DNA of 61,605 nucleotides, filler included, from Candidatus Woesearchaeota archaeon (GTDB taxonomy: Archaea; Nanobdellota; Nanobdellia; Woesearchaeales; BM511): NCBI GenBank assembly GCA_023266675.1. It is 4 parts of 4 records of this genome, joined end to end, with 100 filler letters (N's around TTAATTAATTAA, not from the genome) between each part and the next. Parts side by side here need not be neighbours in the genome. Positions count along the whole stretch, not along the records: positions 31,272 to 54,753 come from JAHFPP010000012.1; 3 more parts are not named here. The stretch is one strand, 5' to 3'. Below, piece after piece: positions 40,277 through 51,188 of the stretch (positions are counted from its first letter, which is position 1; the number at the start of each line of letters is the position of its first letter). Position numbers and translations under genes: made by a program. The notes under the pieces are model-generated. The model saw nothing but the letters and a program-made list of their open reading frames with translations. It made no database searches and was not told the DNA's origin.

Positions 40277-41173
40277 ATGGATCTAAAAGAATTCAAAGCA
40301 GATTTGAAGCCTACCGCTTCTAAACATGAATTTATCTCAAATAAAAATATCATAAATAAAATTCTTTTTGGAAACATTTTCAGCAAGATTAAAAGCAGAG
40401 GTATTGAATTTGAGGATTTCAGAAAATATAACCTTACTGATGACGCGTCAAGAATAGACTGGAAAGCATCACTAAAGGCAAATCAATTGTTGATAAGGGA
40501 TTCAATTGAGGAAAAAGCGATTAACCTGCTATTTCTGGTTGACGTCTCAGATACAATGCTTTTTTCATCAGGCGACAAGTTAAAATGCGAATATGCCGCA
40601 GAAATAGTTGCAGGATTATCTTTTGCAATTCAGCTTGGAGGGTATTCTTCCGGAATATGCTTTTTTAATGACAGGATTGTAAAAACAATAATGCCAAAAG
40701 GAGGTTCAAGACAGTATTTTGATATCATAACAGAACTAAAAAAAGTAGAAAATTATGGAGGTGGATGCAGTTTAAAAAATGCAATAAAAAATTTATTGTC
40801 AATATTCACAACCCCAACAATAATTGTTATTGTATCAGACTTCATCAATCTTGGCGATGACTGGCAGAAATATATTGAGATATCCTCCTTGAATCATTTT
40901 ATCATAGGTATATGCGTAAGAGACAGACTTGACAGAAGACTCCCTGATAACGTAGGATACTTCACTCTTGAAGACCCAAGCTCTTCAAAAAAGATAATCA
41001 TTGACACCAAAGAAGCGCAAAAAAATTACAATAAAGGCATAATTGATGATGAAAAAAGCATAGACAGGGTATTTAAGCGCGCGAACTCATCTTATCTTAT
41101 AATTGAAACAACTGAAGATTATGAGAAAAGCATTTTAACTTTTTTGGAGAAAAAGTCAAAAATAATAAAATGA
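40277..41173 (+). CDS. DUF58 (vWA-like) MoxR partner
   Basis: GIEFEDFRKY...DDASRIDWKAS, VDVSDTM and SDF motifs. Confidence 0.9.
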   Translation: MDLKEFKADLKPTASKHEFISNKNIINKILFGNIFSKIKSRGIEFEDFRKYNLTDDASRIDWKASLKANQLLIRDSIEEKAINLLFLVDVSDTMLFSSGDKLKCEYAAEIVAGLSFAIQLGGYSSGICFFNDRIVKTIMPKGGSRQYFDIITELKKVENYGGGCSLKNAIKNLLSIFTTPTIIVIVSDFINLGDDWQKYIEISSLNHFIIGICVRDRLDRRLPDNVGYFTLEDPSSSKKIIIDTKEAQKNYNKGIIDDEKSIDRVFKRANSSYLIIETTEDYEKSILTFLEKKSKIIK

Positions 41174-42123
41174 TAACCGAATTTGATATAACATTTAGGA
41201 ATCCTCAGTTTGAAATACTTTTCTTAATCATACCTCTAATCTTTTTCCTTCATTTCTATTTTATTATACATGTAAAGCGAAGGGCGTTAAAATTTGGGAA
41301 TTTTAATGCAATGAAACGCGTTTATACAGATACAACAATCACAAAAAATCTGACAACCCTCTTTTTTATACTGCTTTTGACGTCACTTCTGATAGTTTCG
41401 TTAATTGACCCTAGCGTCTGGTATAAAGCACCAGTAACAAATTCTGATTATTACATTGTTTTGGATTCTGGCGCAAGCATGAACGCCAGAGACATGGACC
41501 CAGACAGATTCATGGCTGCCAAAAAAACATCAACAGAAATTGTAAACAACATCAAAAATTCAAAGATAGGATTTATCAGCTTTTCAGGAACAATACTCCA
41601 AAATGAACCATTAACAGATGATAAATCACTGGTATTAAATGCGATACAGGATTCAAAAATTGAGAATACAGGAACAGATATCGGACTTGCTCTGGTGTCA
41701 GCCATACAGGGATTTACAGTTTTCAACAGTTCAAAAACAATAATACTTTTGTCAGACGGCCAGGAAACAGCAGGGACGTCACTTTCAAACGCAATTACAC
41801 AATCTAAAGAAAAACACATAAAAATAATAACAATAGGCGTCGGCACAAAAGAGGGCGGCAAATTTCTGGACGTTCCTGATGCACAAGGTGTGCTTTCACA
41901 TCTTGATGAAGAAAGTTTAATGGCAATATCAAAAGCTACAGAATCAACTTACTTAAACCTAAAAAAAGATTATAACATCACAACCTTTATGGCAAAGTTA
42001 AATGAGGATAATAAAGCAGGATATGTTGAATATAATATGCGAAACTCAACACTTCTGGCAATACTGGTTGTTTTATTTATTTTTTGGCTGCTTGACAACA
42101 CCAGATTCAGAATATTTCCTTAA
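41170..42123 (+). CDS. BatA-like membrane vWA-domain protein
   Basis: N-terminal TMs, D.GASM.A.DM.P.R...AK, GTDIG.AL, LLSDG, IGVG; C-terminal TM. Confidence 0.88.
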   Translation: MITEFDITFRNPQFEILFLIIPLIFFLHFYFIIHVKRRALKFGNFNAMKRVYTDTTITKNLTTLFFILLLTSLLIVSLIDPSVWYKAPVTNSDYYIVLDSGASMNARDMDPDRFMAAKKTSTEIVNNIKNSKIGFISFSGTILQNEPLTDDKSLVLNAIQDSKIENTGTDIGLALVSAIQGFTVFNSSKTIILLSDGQETAGTSLSNAITQSKEKHIKIITIGVGTKEGGKFLDVPDAQGVLSHLDEESLMAISKATESTYLNLKKDYNITTFMAKLNEDNKAGYVEYNMRNSTLLAILVVLFIFWLLDNTRFRIFP

Positions 42124-42128
42124 TATAA

Positions 42129-42216
42129 TGAAAGACAAAAGTAAGACATAAACTGTTTTGTCTTTCAAACATTAGTTAGCGAAAAAGATTATGCGAGATT
42201 ATTGTCGCTAACTAAT
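42129..42216. repeat. Two adjacent 12-bp inverted repeats
   Basis: TGAAAGACAAAA/TTTTGTCTTTCA and ATTAGTTAGCGA/TCGCTAACTAAT. Confidence 0.7.
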
Positions 42217-42227
42217 AGGAGAAAAAA

Positions 42228-43166
42228 ATGTTTAGAAAAAAAGAAAAAGATGAGAAGGAAACTGAAAAAATAATATATCTTACTACTAAACGTAACATTC
42301 AAACTATCAAAAATCTCTCCGACTTAAAAACTAAAGAGGAGATATATCAGGACGTCACATCCTGTTTCAAATCCTACTTCATATCCATATTGAAATCAGA
42401 TAACTTTCTTACAGAACATGAACTAATCCTAATGCTAAAAAACTTCAATATTGACAAAGTCACTATAGAGAAAGTGGATGGAATCTTTATGAAACTCATC
42501 CAGATAGACTATAATAATAAAACATATACAAAGGAAGAAATATTTAATATTATAACCGATTTTGAAATCGCACTTGATGAAATCAACGCGCAAAGAAGAG
42601 CGTATCATATGACTTTAATGAATAAGATATATAAACATAATAAAAACAAAATAATATCAAAATTCGAATCAAATCTAAAATTATTAAAAAAGAAAAATAA
42701 CATAAACAACATAAAAAACATAAATTTCTCAGATGATTTAATAACCCTTCTAATAGGGTACTATAACTACCTTCCTGATACCCAAAAAGAGCGCTTTTCA
42801 AAGGAATATTATTACCTATGCAAAACGCTTCCAAGCATAAATCTTTTGGTTACCAATCTTAAGACTACAAAAGAGACTACTCAAAAAGAAAGACTGGTGT
42901 CAGAAATAAAAAAATTATTTTCAAAAATTGAAGAAGACAAGAAATATTATTTTTATAATGAGATAATCCCATTTCTTACCTATGAAGAAAACATTTGGTT
43001 CTTGTTAACTCTTGGGCACTTTGAGATTTCAAGAAAAAACACCAAAAACGCCATCAATATATATAACAACTTATTCAGATTTTATAGCAAACTTGATACT
43101 GACAATAAAACTTATTACTATCCCCTGCTTCTAAACTATGCGAATTCTATAAAGAAAAAGATGTGA
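42228..43166 (+). CDS. Helical hypothetical protein at the MoxR locus
   Basis: 312-aa ORF; N-terminal domain resembles the tails of the 8071 and 46755 proteins. Confidence 0.7.
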   Translation: MFRKKEKDEKETEKIIYLTTKRNIQTIKNLSDLKTKEEIYQDVTSCFKSYFISILKSDNFLTEHELILMLKNFNIDKVTIEKVDGIFMKLIQIDYNNKTYTKEEIFNIITDFEIALDEINAQRRAYHMTLMNKIYKHNKNKIISKFESNLKLLKKKNNINNIKNINFSDDLITLLIGYYNYLPDTQKERFSKEYYYLCKTLPSINLLVTNLKTTKETTQKERLVSEIKKLFSKIEEDKKYYFYNEIIPFLTYEENIWFLLTLGHFEISRKNTKNAINIYNNLFRFYSKLDTDNKTYYYPLLLNYANSIKKKM

Positions 43167-43177
43167 AATAACTAATA

Positions 43178-46100
43178 TTAATCATGTTTTACTTTTCTAT
43201 TTGTATAATATATCGAATAACCTACTCCTACAAGAGAAAGCATTATAACGCTAAGCATCGTATAAAATATCTGCGGATTATTCTTTATTCTTTGCATACT
43301 TACGTATATATTTTTTGGCTCTTCATTAATTAGTGTTTTCTCTGAATTCAGGTATCTGCATGTTTTCACTATCTCATCAATTTTCTTTTGCGCATTATCA
43401 TACTTCTTTTGGCTTAAATCTTTTTCCACATCATTAAACATTTCATTCAGTTCCAGACATTTTGGATTTGTGCTTAAAAGGTCTTTTGCAAAACTTATCA
43501 TTGTTTTAGTAGTTGATTCAGGGTCCTTATCATTTTCTTTTTGTATTGAACTCACAATAACCATTGCCGTATCATTAAATGATGGCTCACTAACTAAAGC
43601 GCTTATGCTTATCTCATATTTCCCCTGCGTTCTGTAAGAATTAACCCTCAAATAAGTTGTTTCCTTATCATTTTGAAGTATTTCTGGAAAATAATTCTTG
43701 TCAAAATACATCTTAATTTCACTGTTATTTGTAGATGCGCTAAGGTTTATTCCTTTAATTGTTGAATTTTCATTGTTTTCAAGCGTTATTGGAATAACAA
43801 GCGTATTATTATCATACATTATAGCAGACTGCGGAACAATAAGGCTGATAGTCTTTATTTTATCAACTTCTACCTGCTTATAAACATTGTTTACCCTTGT
43901 AACCGTACGAGTAACTGTTGTTGTCTGTGTGTTTTGACCGCTTTGGCTGCTTACAGTCAGGTTAAAAAAAACCTTGCTTGTTGTGGCATTTGACACTCCA
44001 TCACTGGCCATAAACGTATACGCTGTCTGGGCTGTCTTAAGAGGAGTAAACGTTCCGTCAGTAGAATTTAATTCAACAGTCAACGCATCAGAAAGACCGT
44101 CTCCAGACCAATTATATGAAAATACAAGATTGTTTGTCTCATTATCATCAATTCTTCCATTGGAATCAATATCATCATCAGGGTCATAAAATGTGCCATT
44201 ATTGCTTAATGTAAAAAATGGGCTTACAGTTGTCTTGCCAGTTATTGACTTATTCCCTGTTCTGTTATCAATCGGATTTAAAAAAACTACGGGTCTGTTA
44301 ACGTTTGTAACATTCACAATCCATGTAAAGTTTGAGCTGCTGTAATGGCTGTCGTTGGCAATAAGTGTTACATTGTAAGAACCGTTGCTAAAAAAATCAA
44401 AATTGTGGCTGTACGAATAATCTGTGCTTTTCAAAACTCCATTAAGAAACCATGAATAATTTACAGTTTCATAACTTTCAGGATTGACTGTTGTATGATT
44501 AAATATTACGCTCATATTCTCGGAGATATTTATGCCTGTTACTCCATTAAACCCTACTGTGCTAATCCATCCAAAGTTAGTGTAAGTGCTTAAAGGTGTA
44601 CCATACGGCGTTATGTTCATTATATTTGGAGCCTGACTTATATTGTATATTGTGAAACTCAATGTCCTGTTGTTGTATAAACCAAGACTGTCATTCACAC
44701 CAATATTAACTGAATGGTTTCCTATATCCGATGAGGATGGCGTGAAAAATATCTCGCCACTTGTAGTGTTAATTGTAAATATTGTTGTATTTGTGTAATA
44801 TGTAAGACTGTCATAACTATACTGTGCAGGGAGGTTTAAATCATTGTCTGAGGCATTAAATCTATAATAAAACGAGTGGCCTACAACAAGCGGTACATTG
44901 TTAAAATCAGAAAAGCCTGAAAGTACCGGGGCATCATTTTTATTTATTACATTAAGCCAAAATGTCGAATAATTTGTTGCACCAACATCATCTACAGCCC
45001 AAACAAGTATGCTGTAATTTCCTATATCTAATTGAGATGGTGTAAAATTTATTTCACCTGTGGTGCTGTTTATTGTAAATATGGACGCATTTGTATAATA
45101 CGTAAGATTGCTTTCACCACTTGCATTTATTGCATAATAAAATAATTCAGATTCATTAATTGTCACATTAACTATATTATTAAAATATGGAAGTGAATGC
45201 TGCGTAATGTTTAAAATTAATGTTTTATTTGCGCTAAGCCCATATGCGTCGCTTGCTGTTACATAAATATAATATATCCCTGAATTATTTGTGGTAAAAT
45301 TTATTCTTCCGTTTACATTGCTGAAGTTTATGTCAAATTCTGAGAAATTAGTTGATAAGTTTACATTGTCCCCCTGATATGTATCTATATCAGGATCAGT
45401 AAAATTCAGCCTATAGTCAAATCTTACAAATTGGTATCCTCTTAGACTATAAATATTTATATTATTTGCTAAGTTTGTTGAATAGCTGCTGTTGTCATAT
45501 ATTATTGGTGCGTCATTTATGTTTGTTATATTCAATGTCATGTTATAGTCAGATGATGAATTCTGTTTATGATCATTCACGCTTATTATTACATCTCTGC
45601 ATACTACATAATTATTTGTCAAGTTTGTGACATTGATTATCCAATATGAATTATTTGCTGAATTATTAAATTGAGTCACAGATGCATTCCATATATTCGG
45701 ATAATTCTGGCAGTTTGAAGTTATAGACATGATAAGTGTATCATTGACATCAATGTCGGTTGCATTTACCTGCATTAAAAATGCCCCACCCTGTACTCCT
45801 GATGAATTCTGTATGTATGTTATGTTTGGAAGATGATTTACTCCTATAACTTCTATTACAAACTGTGCAGAAGTTGATGCATTTTTTGAATCATTAACTC
45901 TTATACTCACTGTGTGATTCCCTGCCTGATAAAACTGCGGGTTGAAATATATTCTCACAGTTGTATTTGAAATATTTTGAATCCCAAGATTTAATCCGCT
46001 GTCATTTACTATTTCAAATCTTAATGGGAAATTATTTTCTTCATCAGTTGCCGAAATATTATATTCAAAATATACTCCTTCTGTAGAAGTCCTATCAGAA

Positions 46101-46771
46101 ACAGAGCTAAATACAGGAGCGTCATTTACTGCAACTACTCCCATTATGATTGATAGGGATTCTATGCTGTTATAAGGTGGGTCATATGCGATGAATGTAA
46201 CATTATAACTTCCTGCATCAGCATCAGTTGAAGGTGTCCATGTGAATGCTCCTGTTATCACATTGAGTATTGAGTTTCCAGGAATCGAGCTAAAAGGGTC
46301 ACCATATTTTAAAGTATCTAAATCAGGGTCTGTGGCATTAAGATGAAATGAGTATGAATTATCCTCATATAATGTAATATTCAATCCAACATCACTATTT
46401 GTGCTGTTGTACATCTTTAAATTCTTTGGACGTCCATTTTTCACTGTTATTGATGTATTTTCGCTAATTGTATTTGTTCCATTTGAAATTGTAACTTTGC
46501 ACATCCATATCTCATTTCTCTTTATGATATTGGTTCCTATCACCGCGGGGGAAGATGCTGCTGATGGACCAGAGTATAATGTTGACGAATTGTACCATGT
46601 TACATTGGAAGATGATGTATCGCTTGTTGCGTTCCAGTAACAAAGCATGCTTTGGTAAGTTTCAGTTGTGTTATCCATATATGGCGAACTGACAAAACTT
46701 AAAGAGGTCACACTCTTAAAAAGAATTACACTTATTATTACAAATAATATCAACCTATTTGTTTTTTGCAT
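43178..46771 (-). CDS. Large cadherin/Ig-like repeat surface protein with C-terminal TM
   Basis: Repeated NATD.D, VNDAP and FTIN.TTGEI.FTP...DIGN; signal peptide; C-terminal TM. Confidence 0.85.
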   Translation of the reverse strand: MQKTNRLILFVIISVILFKSVTSLSFVSSPYMDNTTETYQSMLCYWNATSDTSSSNVTWYNSSTLYSGPSAASSPAVIGTNIIKRNEIWMCKVTISNGTNTISENTSITVKNGRPKNLKMYNSTNSDVGLNITLYEDNSYSFHLNATDPDLDTLKYGDPFSSIPGNSILNVITGAFTWTPSTDADAGSYNVTFIAYDPPYNSIESLSIIMGVVAVNDAPVFSSVSDRTSTEGVYFEYNISATDEENNFPLRFEIVNDSGLNLGIQNISNTTVRIYFNPQFYQAGNHTVSIRVNDSKNASTSAQFVIEVIGVNHLPNITYIQNSSGVQGGAFLMQVNATDIDVNDTLIMSITSNCQNYPNIWNASVTQFNNSANNSYWIINVTNLTNNYVVCRDVIISVNDHKQNSSSDYNMTLNITNINDAPIIYDNSSYSTNLANNINIYSLRGYQFVRFDYRLNFTDPDIDTYQGDNVNLSTNFSEFDINFSNVNGRINFTTNNSGIYYIYVTASDAYGLSANKTLILNITQHSLPYFNNIVNVTINESELFYYAINASGESNLTYYTNASIFTINSTTGEINFTPSQLDIGNYSILVWAVDDVGATNYSTFWLNVINKNDAPVLSGFSDFNNVPLVVGHSFYYRFNASDNDLNLPAQYSYDSLTYYTNTTIFTINTTSGEIFFTPSSSDIGNHSVNIGVNDSLGLYNNRTLSFTIYNISQAPNIMNITPYGTPLSTYTNFGWISTVGFNGVTGINISENMSVIFNHTTVNPESYETVNYSWFLNGVLKSTDYSYSHNFDFFSNGSYNVTLIANDSHYSSSNFTWIVNVTNVNRPVVFLNPIDNRTGNKSITGKTTVSPFFTLSNNGTFYDPDDDIDSNGRIDDNETNNLVFSYNWSGDGLSDALTVELNSTDGTFTPLKTAQTAYTFMASDGVSNATTSKVFFNLTVSSQSGQNTQTTTVTRTVTRVNNVYKQVEVDKIKTISLIVPQSAIMYDNNTLVIPITLENNENSTIKGINLSASTNNSEIKMYFDKNYFPEILQNDKETTYLRVNSYRTQGKYEISISALVSEPSFNDTAMVIVSSIQKENDKDPESTTKTMISFAKDLLSTNPKCLELNEMFNDVEKDLSQKKYDNAQKKIDEIVKTCRYLNSEKTLINEEPKNIYVSMQRIKNNPQIFYTMLSVIMLSLVGVGYSIYYTNRKVKHD

Positions 46772-48584
46772 ATTTATTCCATTCTAATTTTAAAAATCTG
46801 TTAAATGAATTTATTAAAAATTTATTTTTAACATTTCTTGACAATAACGTGTCTCTGAATATTTTTATTTTGTTCTTGTCCCACATCTTATTTCTTAAAA
46901 GATTGTAATTTGCGTCTATTAATACTTTAAACAATGAATCAGTATCATTCGTTTCTTTAACTATTGTTATTTCTTTAGGAATATATTCTTTTGGCGAAAT
47001 TATTGTGCTCACTATGTTTTTTGATTCATGTATCAGAAGCAAAGCCTCTGTTCTGGTTGTTTGTTTCTGTGAAAACTCAATCTCGGATATATCCTTATAA
47101 ATGCTTAAAATAACTTCTTTCAATCCGATTTTAATATTTGATGATGTCATTCTTTTAATCAGTTCTTCATATGTGTCTATCTCTTCAGTCTGCAGTATTA
47201 TCATTAAATACTGCTCTATTACATTTGCAAGTTTTGAAAGTGTTATCTCAACTTTAGTTTTTAGAATATTACTCTCCAATTCATCAAGCATTGCCATAAG
47301 TTCAATACCTGATTTTTTGCTTCCCTCTATTCTCATTAATTTTTTAACTTTTAACTTCTTAGGGATTTTCCTGATTAAATAATAACCAATCAATGTCAAT
47401 GAGCTTATAACTAATATTATAAAAACGTATCTTGGCGAACTTAAAATCAAAGGCTGTTCAATATTCGGGCATTGTTTTGTGCAGGAGCCTCCGCAGTCGA
47501 TGTCAAGTTCGTCTCCATTTTTTATTCCATCAAAGCATGTTTGCGGGTCAATGCATTGTTTTGTGCAGGAGCCTCCGCAGTCGACGTCCATCTCATTTCC
47601 ATTTTTTACCCCGTCAAAGCATGTTGGAACATAAATACATGATTGTGTAGTATTCGGTTTTGTTGCAGTCATATTGCAGTTGTTTAAATCAACACAGCTT
47701 CTTTCCTGATATCCTCCTATAGAACATGCACCCCATTCTGTGCACTTCCATTTCGGATTACATACAATCACAGTTCTTTTGTCTGAAGCACTAGATGAAC
47801 TTGAAGACGAAGAGCTGCTATCTCCTGAAGATGGACTATTTGTTGGTGTCGATGCTGCATCAACAAGTATTTTAATCAAGTTAGTTGAGTCACTTGCATT
47901 TTTGGTGTCTGTGGCAGTGAAATATACAAGGATTTCACCATAAAACCAGTCAGTTGTAGTTAATACTAATTCATCTTCCTGAATAGTTATTGTAAATCCA
48001 AGCTGTTCTATGTTGGCAAATCCTTCATAACTTAGCGGATCAAAATCCTGATCTTCACAGTATGAACTCATTCTTATTCTTATTGTGTCTCCCTGGGTGA
48101 TGTTTTGATCTTTAACCCTTCTGCATACAGGTGCGTGGTTTGTTACTCTTAATACTTCAAAATCATAAGGAATGACAGTGCTTTTATTTCCGCATTCATC
48201 TGTGTAGTTTGCAGTAATAATTGCGCTATGGTTTCCAATATCTGTAATATTGAAATCCGGTTTGTATATCAATCCGTCGTTAGTTATGTTAAAAAGAGTA
48301 TTATTAGTTGTAAAATAAGAGGAATAATTATTAACGCTGTGACCATAAGATGTTACTTCGCAGTCAATTGTACCATTATCATAAAAAATTGACGGGCAAC
48401 TGGATGAAAAATTTGTAGGTGCAACTATGCAAAGTCCTGCCTGAAACGTACCGTATGCAAGATTGCCTGTAATGTCCCTAATAACTCTTCCAGTCATATC
48501 TACAGCATTAACAGATATAACCGTAAAAATAATACAGATTACAAGTAAACTTATTTTTTTCTTAATACCCATCCACCTATTCAC
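46755..48584 (-). CDS. Single-pass surface protein with TSP1-like and Cys-rich repeats
   Basis: CNPKWKCTEWGAC...R.C.D.NNC; 2 copies of TCFDG.KNG.E.D.DCGGSC; TM; cytoplasmic tail. Confidence 0.8.
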   Translation of the reverse strand: MNRWMGIKKKISLLVICIIFTVISVNAVDMTGRVIRDITGNLAYGTFQAGLCIVAPTNFSSSCPSIFYDNGTIDCEVTSYGHSVNNYSSYFTTNNTLFNITNDGLIYKPDFNITDIGNHSAIITANYTDECGNKSTVIPYDFEVLRVTNHAPVCRRVKDQNITQGDTIRIRMSSYCEDQDFDPLSYEGFANIEQLGFTITIQEDELVLTTTDWFYGEILVYFTATDTKNASDSTNLIKILVDAASTPTNSPSSGDSSSSSSSSSSASDKRTVIVCNPKWKCTEWGACSIGGYQERSCVDLNNCNMTATKPNTTQSCIYVPTCFDGVKNGNEMDVDCGGSCTKQCIDPQTCFDGIKNGDELDIDCGGSCTKQCPNIEQPLILSSPRYVFIILVISSLTLIGYYLIRKIPKKLKVKKLMRIEGSKKSGIELMAMLDELESNILKTKVEITLSKLANVIEQYLMIILQTEEIDTYEELIKRMTSSNIKIGLKEVILSIYKDISEIEFSQKQTTRTEALLLIHESKNIVSTIISPKEYIPKEITIVKETNDTDSLFKVLIDANYNLLRNKMWDKNKIKIFRDTLLSRNVKNKFLINSFNRFLKLEWNKYAKNK

Positions 48585-48722
48585 TATTTCTGTATGTATT
48601 GGTTAATAAGCTTTTTCATATTTTAAGATTAAAAACAACCGGATTATATCTCTACAAATACTTTATAATGTTTGTAAACTAAGAAAATTTGTATAAGAAA
48701 AAATGAAATTTAAATAAAAAAA

Positions 48723-49337
48723 TTATTTAGGTGTTTCCTGAACCGGTGTTTGAGGAGGAACTGGTGGTGGTACTTTCTTTTTATTCTTCCATACAAAGTA
48801 TGCTACAACACCAACAATTACAAGTACAATTAATACAATGGCTACTGGGAATTTTTGCTGTGTATTACTTGTTGTTACTTGGACTGGAGTTGCAACTACC
48901 TCTTTTGGTATAACCTTAACAGGTATAATCCTTGTTATGCCTGCACCCATAGTAATCATGCCATTTCCTGCAACATTTACCTGTTCAAAATTAACTTTGA
49001 TTGTATATTCTTTTCCTACTTCTGCATTTGAAGGTATTTGAACTTTTAACTGAACATTATACCTGTTTTTGTTTATGTCACCATTCATTGGAGAAATAAC
49101 ATATGTATCTTTTGGATTCACTATGCTAGCTATCTCGGCTCCTTCAATTACAGTTCCTTTTACTGTAACTTCTTGAGCTTCCTCATTTGATATATACATA
49201 TCTGTTGTTGTTGTTTGTCCAGGATAAACCTGTAAAGGAATGGTAACAGAGTTAACTGTTGATACACCAAGCGCATTTACATTTATGCCTAGCAAGAATA
49301 ATATTATTATGCTGCTTACTATAGTATTATACTTCAT
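48723..49337 (-). CDS. Membrane-anchored Ig-like secreted protein
   Basis: Signal peptide, beta-rich domain, C-terminal TM and Pro-rich tail. Confidence 0.75.
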   Translation of the reverse strand: MKYNTIVSSIIILFLLGINVNALGVSTVNSVTIPLQVYPGQTTTTDMYISNEEAQEVTVKGTVIEGAEIASIVNPKDTYVISPMNGDINKNRYNVQLKVQIPSNAEVGKEYTIKVNFEQVNVAGNGMITMGAGITRIIPVKVIPKEVVATPVQVTTSNTQQKFPVAIVLIVLVIVGVVAYFVWKNKKKVPPPVPPQTPVQETPK

Positions 49338-49357
49338 TGTTATTTAACCTCTTTTTT

Positions 49358-50272
49358 TTATCCTATCGCAGTTGTTACCCAACTCTGTATCTGCGTGTAT
49401 GATCCTGCAGCTAAGTTAGGCACAGTTGGTATACAGTAATAAATGCTTTGATTATTTAATGGTTCTGATGGATACGTTGTTCTTGGTATGTTTGCGCCAG
49501 TTATGTTTACAGCACTATTATTCGCCAATACATTTCCTGCACAGACATTTAAGCTTTGGTTACTTGCTGTAAAATTAGCTGCATTTATGTATCCTGCACC
49601 GCTTAAGTCATATGCTGTTACGGATAAATTTGCAACATTCTGATTTCCAACGTTACTGATATTTATTGGTGCTTGCGCAGTTACGTTTCTGTTTCCTGAA
49701 GTTACGCTTGTCCATGATAATGTTGCTGGCTGAACAATCTGTATGTTTAAATTAGAATTTATATACGCATGTGCTGTAGTGTTATATCCTGTAGCAGGAA
49801 CTGAGTATTTATCTGATATTGATACGTTTATCTGCCAGTTTCCAGTTACGTCATAATACTTCATGTTTACAACGCATGTATAATTTGATTTTGTTGCTGA
49901 TAAATTAGCAACTCTTGTACACGGTGATGCAGTTCTTACTCCTTCAGTTGATAAATTTAATGAGATTTCTGATGTTGTATCATTTAAGTCAAAATTGCCG
50001 TTTGGGTCATCTGCTTCAAAGTATATTGTCACAGGTGTTGTTGCTGTCGGACCAGGTGTTAAATCCCAAGTACTTTGTGCACTGTATACAGCAGTAACTG
50101 TTGGTCCAGAGTTGCCTGTTGTTAGAGTAACGTTATGAGTTCCTGTGGCAACTTTTCCAGTAATTCCGCCGTCAAGGAAATCAAACCAGCCTGCGAATGC
50201 TACAGGCATAATCATTGTTAATAGTGCTAGAAAAACAAAAGTTTTTGAGTTAAATTTTAAATTTTTATTCAT
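49358..50272 (-). CDS. Secreted beta-rich surface protein
   Basis: Signal peptide, ITGKVA motif, many NxT/S sequons. Confidence 0.75.
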   Translation of the reverse strand: MNKNLKFNSKTFVFLALLTMIMPVAFAGWFDFLDGGITGKVATGTHNVTLTTGNSGPTVTAVYSAQSTWDLTPGPTATTPVTIYFEADDPNGNFDLNDTTSEISLNLSTEGVRTASPCTRVANLSATKSNYTCVVNMKYYDVTGNWQINVSISDKYSVPATGYNTTAHAYINSNLNIQIVQPATLSWTSVTSGNRNVTAQAPINISNVGNQNVANLSVTAYDLSGAGYINAANFTASNQSLNVCAGNVLANNSAVNITGANIPRTTYPSEPLNNQSIYYCIPTVPNLAAGSYTQIQSWVTTAIG

Positions 50273-50419
50273 TTTACAATGGTTATTGATACTATGCCTA
50301 TATAAATCTTTTTGTTTTTATTTCTATATTGCTTAAATTTATTTACAAAAAAATTAGTATATAATCTGTTATGTCTATAACTCAAAACGTTTTTATAGAA
50401 ATCATAACTTCTTCTATCT

Positions 50420-51016
50420 ATGACACACTATTACTCTGAAAAACAAGAAGGGAAACTGAAATTATTTGAAATAGAAATAGCAGTCAAAGGAAACAAATAT
50501 AATTTATTTAGTAGCGACGGAATTTTTTCAAAAAAAGAGCTTGATATTGGAAGCAGAGTTCTTATTGAAAACTGCATATTAAACGACAATGACTTTGTCC
50601 TTGACATTGGCTGCGGATACGGAGCTGTTGGAATCACACTCGCAAAATTCAATAATATTCGGGTTTTGATGACTGATATAAATGAGCGGGCGGTTTTTTT
50701 GTCAAACACTAACATAAAAAATCACAGGCTGAAAAATGCAGAGGCAAGAAAAAGTAACTTATACGAAAATGTTTCCGAAGAGTTTGATGTTATTCTGTCT
50801 AACCCGCCTCAAAGCGCAGGCAAAGAAGTTTGTTTCAAAATAATTGAAGGTGCACATACCCATCTAAAAAATGATGGCTCATTTCAGCTTGTAGCACGGC
50901 ATAATAAGGGTGGAGAAACTCTTGAAAAAAAAATGAAGGAAGTATTTGGAAACGTTGAGCGCATTGGCAAAGGTTCCGGGTTTAAAGTTTATATGAGCAG
51001 AAAAATAATTGATTAA
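50420..51016 (+). CDS. RsmC/MTS-like class I SAM methyltransferase
   Basis: MTHYYS, GIFSK..LD.GS, LDIGCGYG, DINERA, SNPP..AG. Confidence 0.88.
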   Translation: MTHYYSEKQEGKLKLFEIEIAVKGNKYNLFSSDGIFSKKELDIGSRVLIENCILNDNDFVLDIGCGYGAVGITLAKFNNIRVLMTDINERAVFLSNTNIKNHRLKNAEARKSNLYENVSEEFDVILSNPPQSAGKEVCFKIIEGAHTHLKNDGSFQLVARHNKGGETLEKKMKEVFGNVERIGKGSGFKVYMSRKIID

Positions 51017-51188
51017 TTCTTATATTCTTGTCAAATCTTATTACATTATATATAACATTCTCTATTTTTTTATTATTATCCTAAATTTGTACAATCTATT
51101 TTAACTATCTTAATCTTTTATTTGTAATATATTTTATCTATACCTATATTATATACGCATATAGCCTATATTATATCTCTATAATTCT

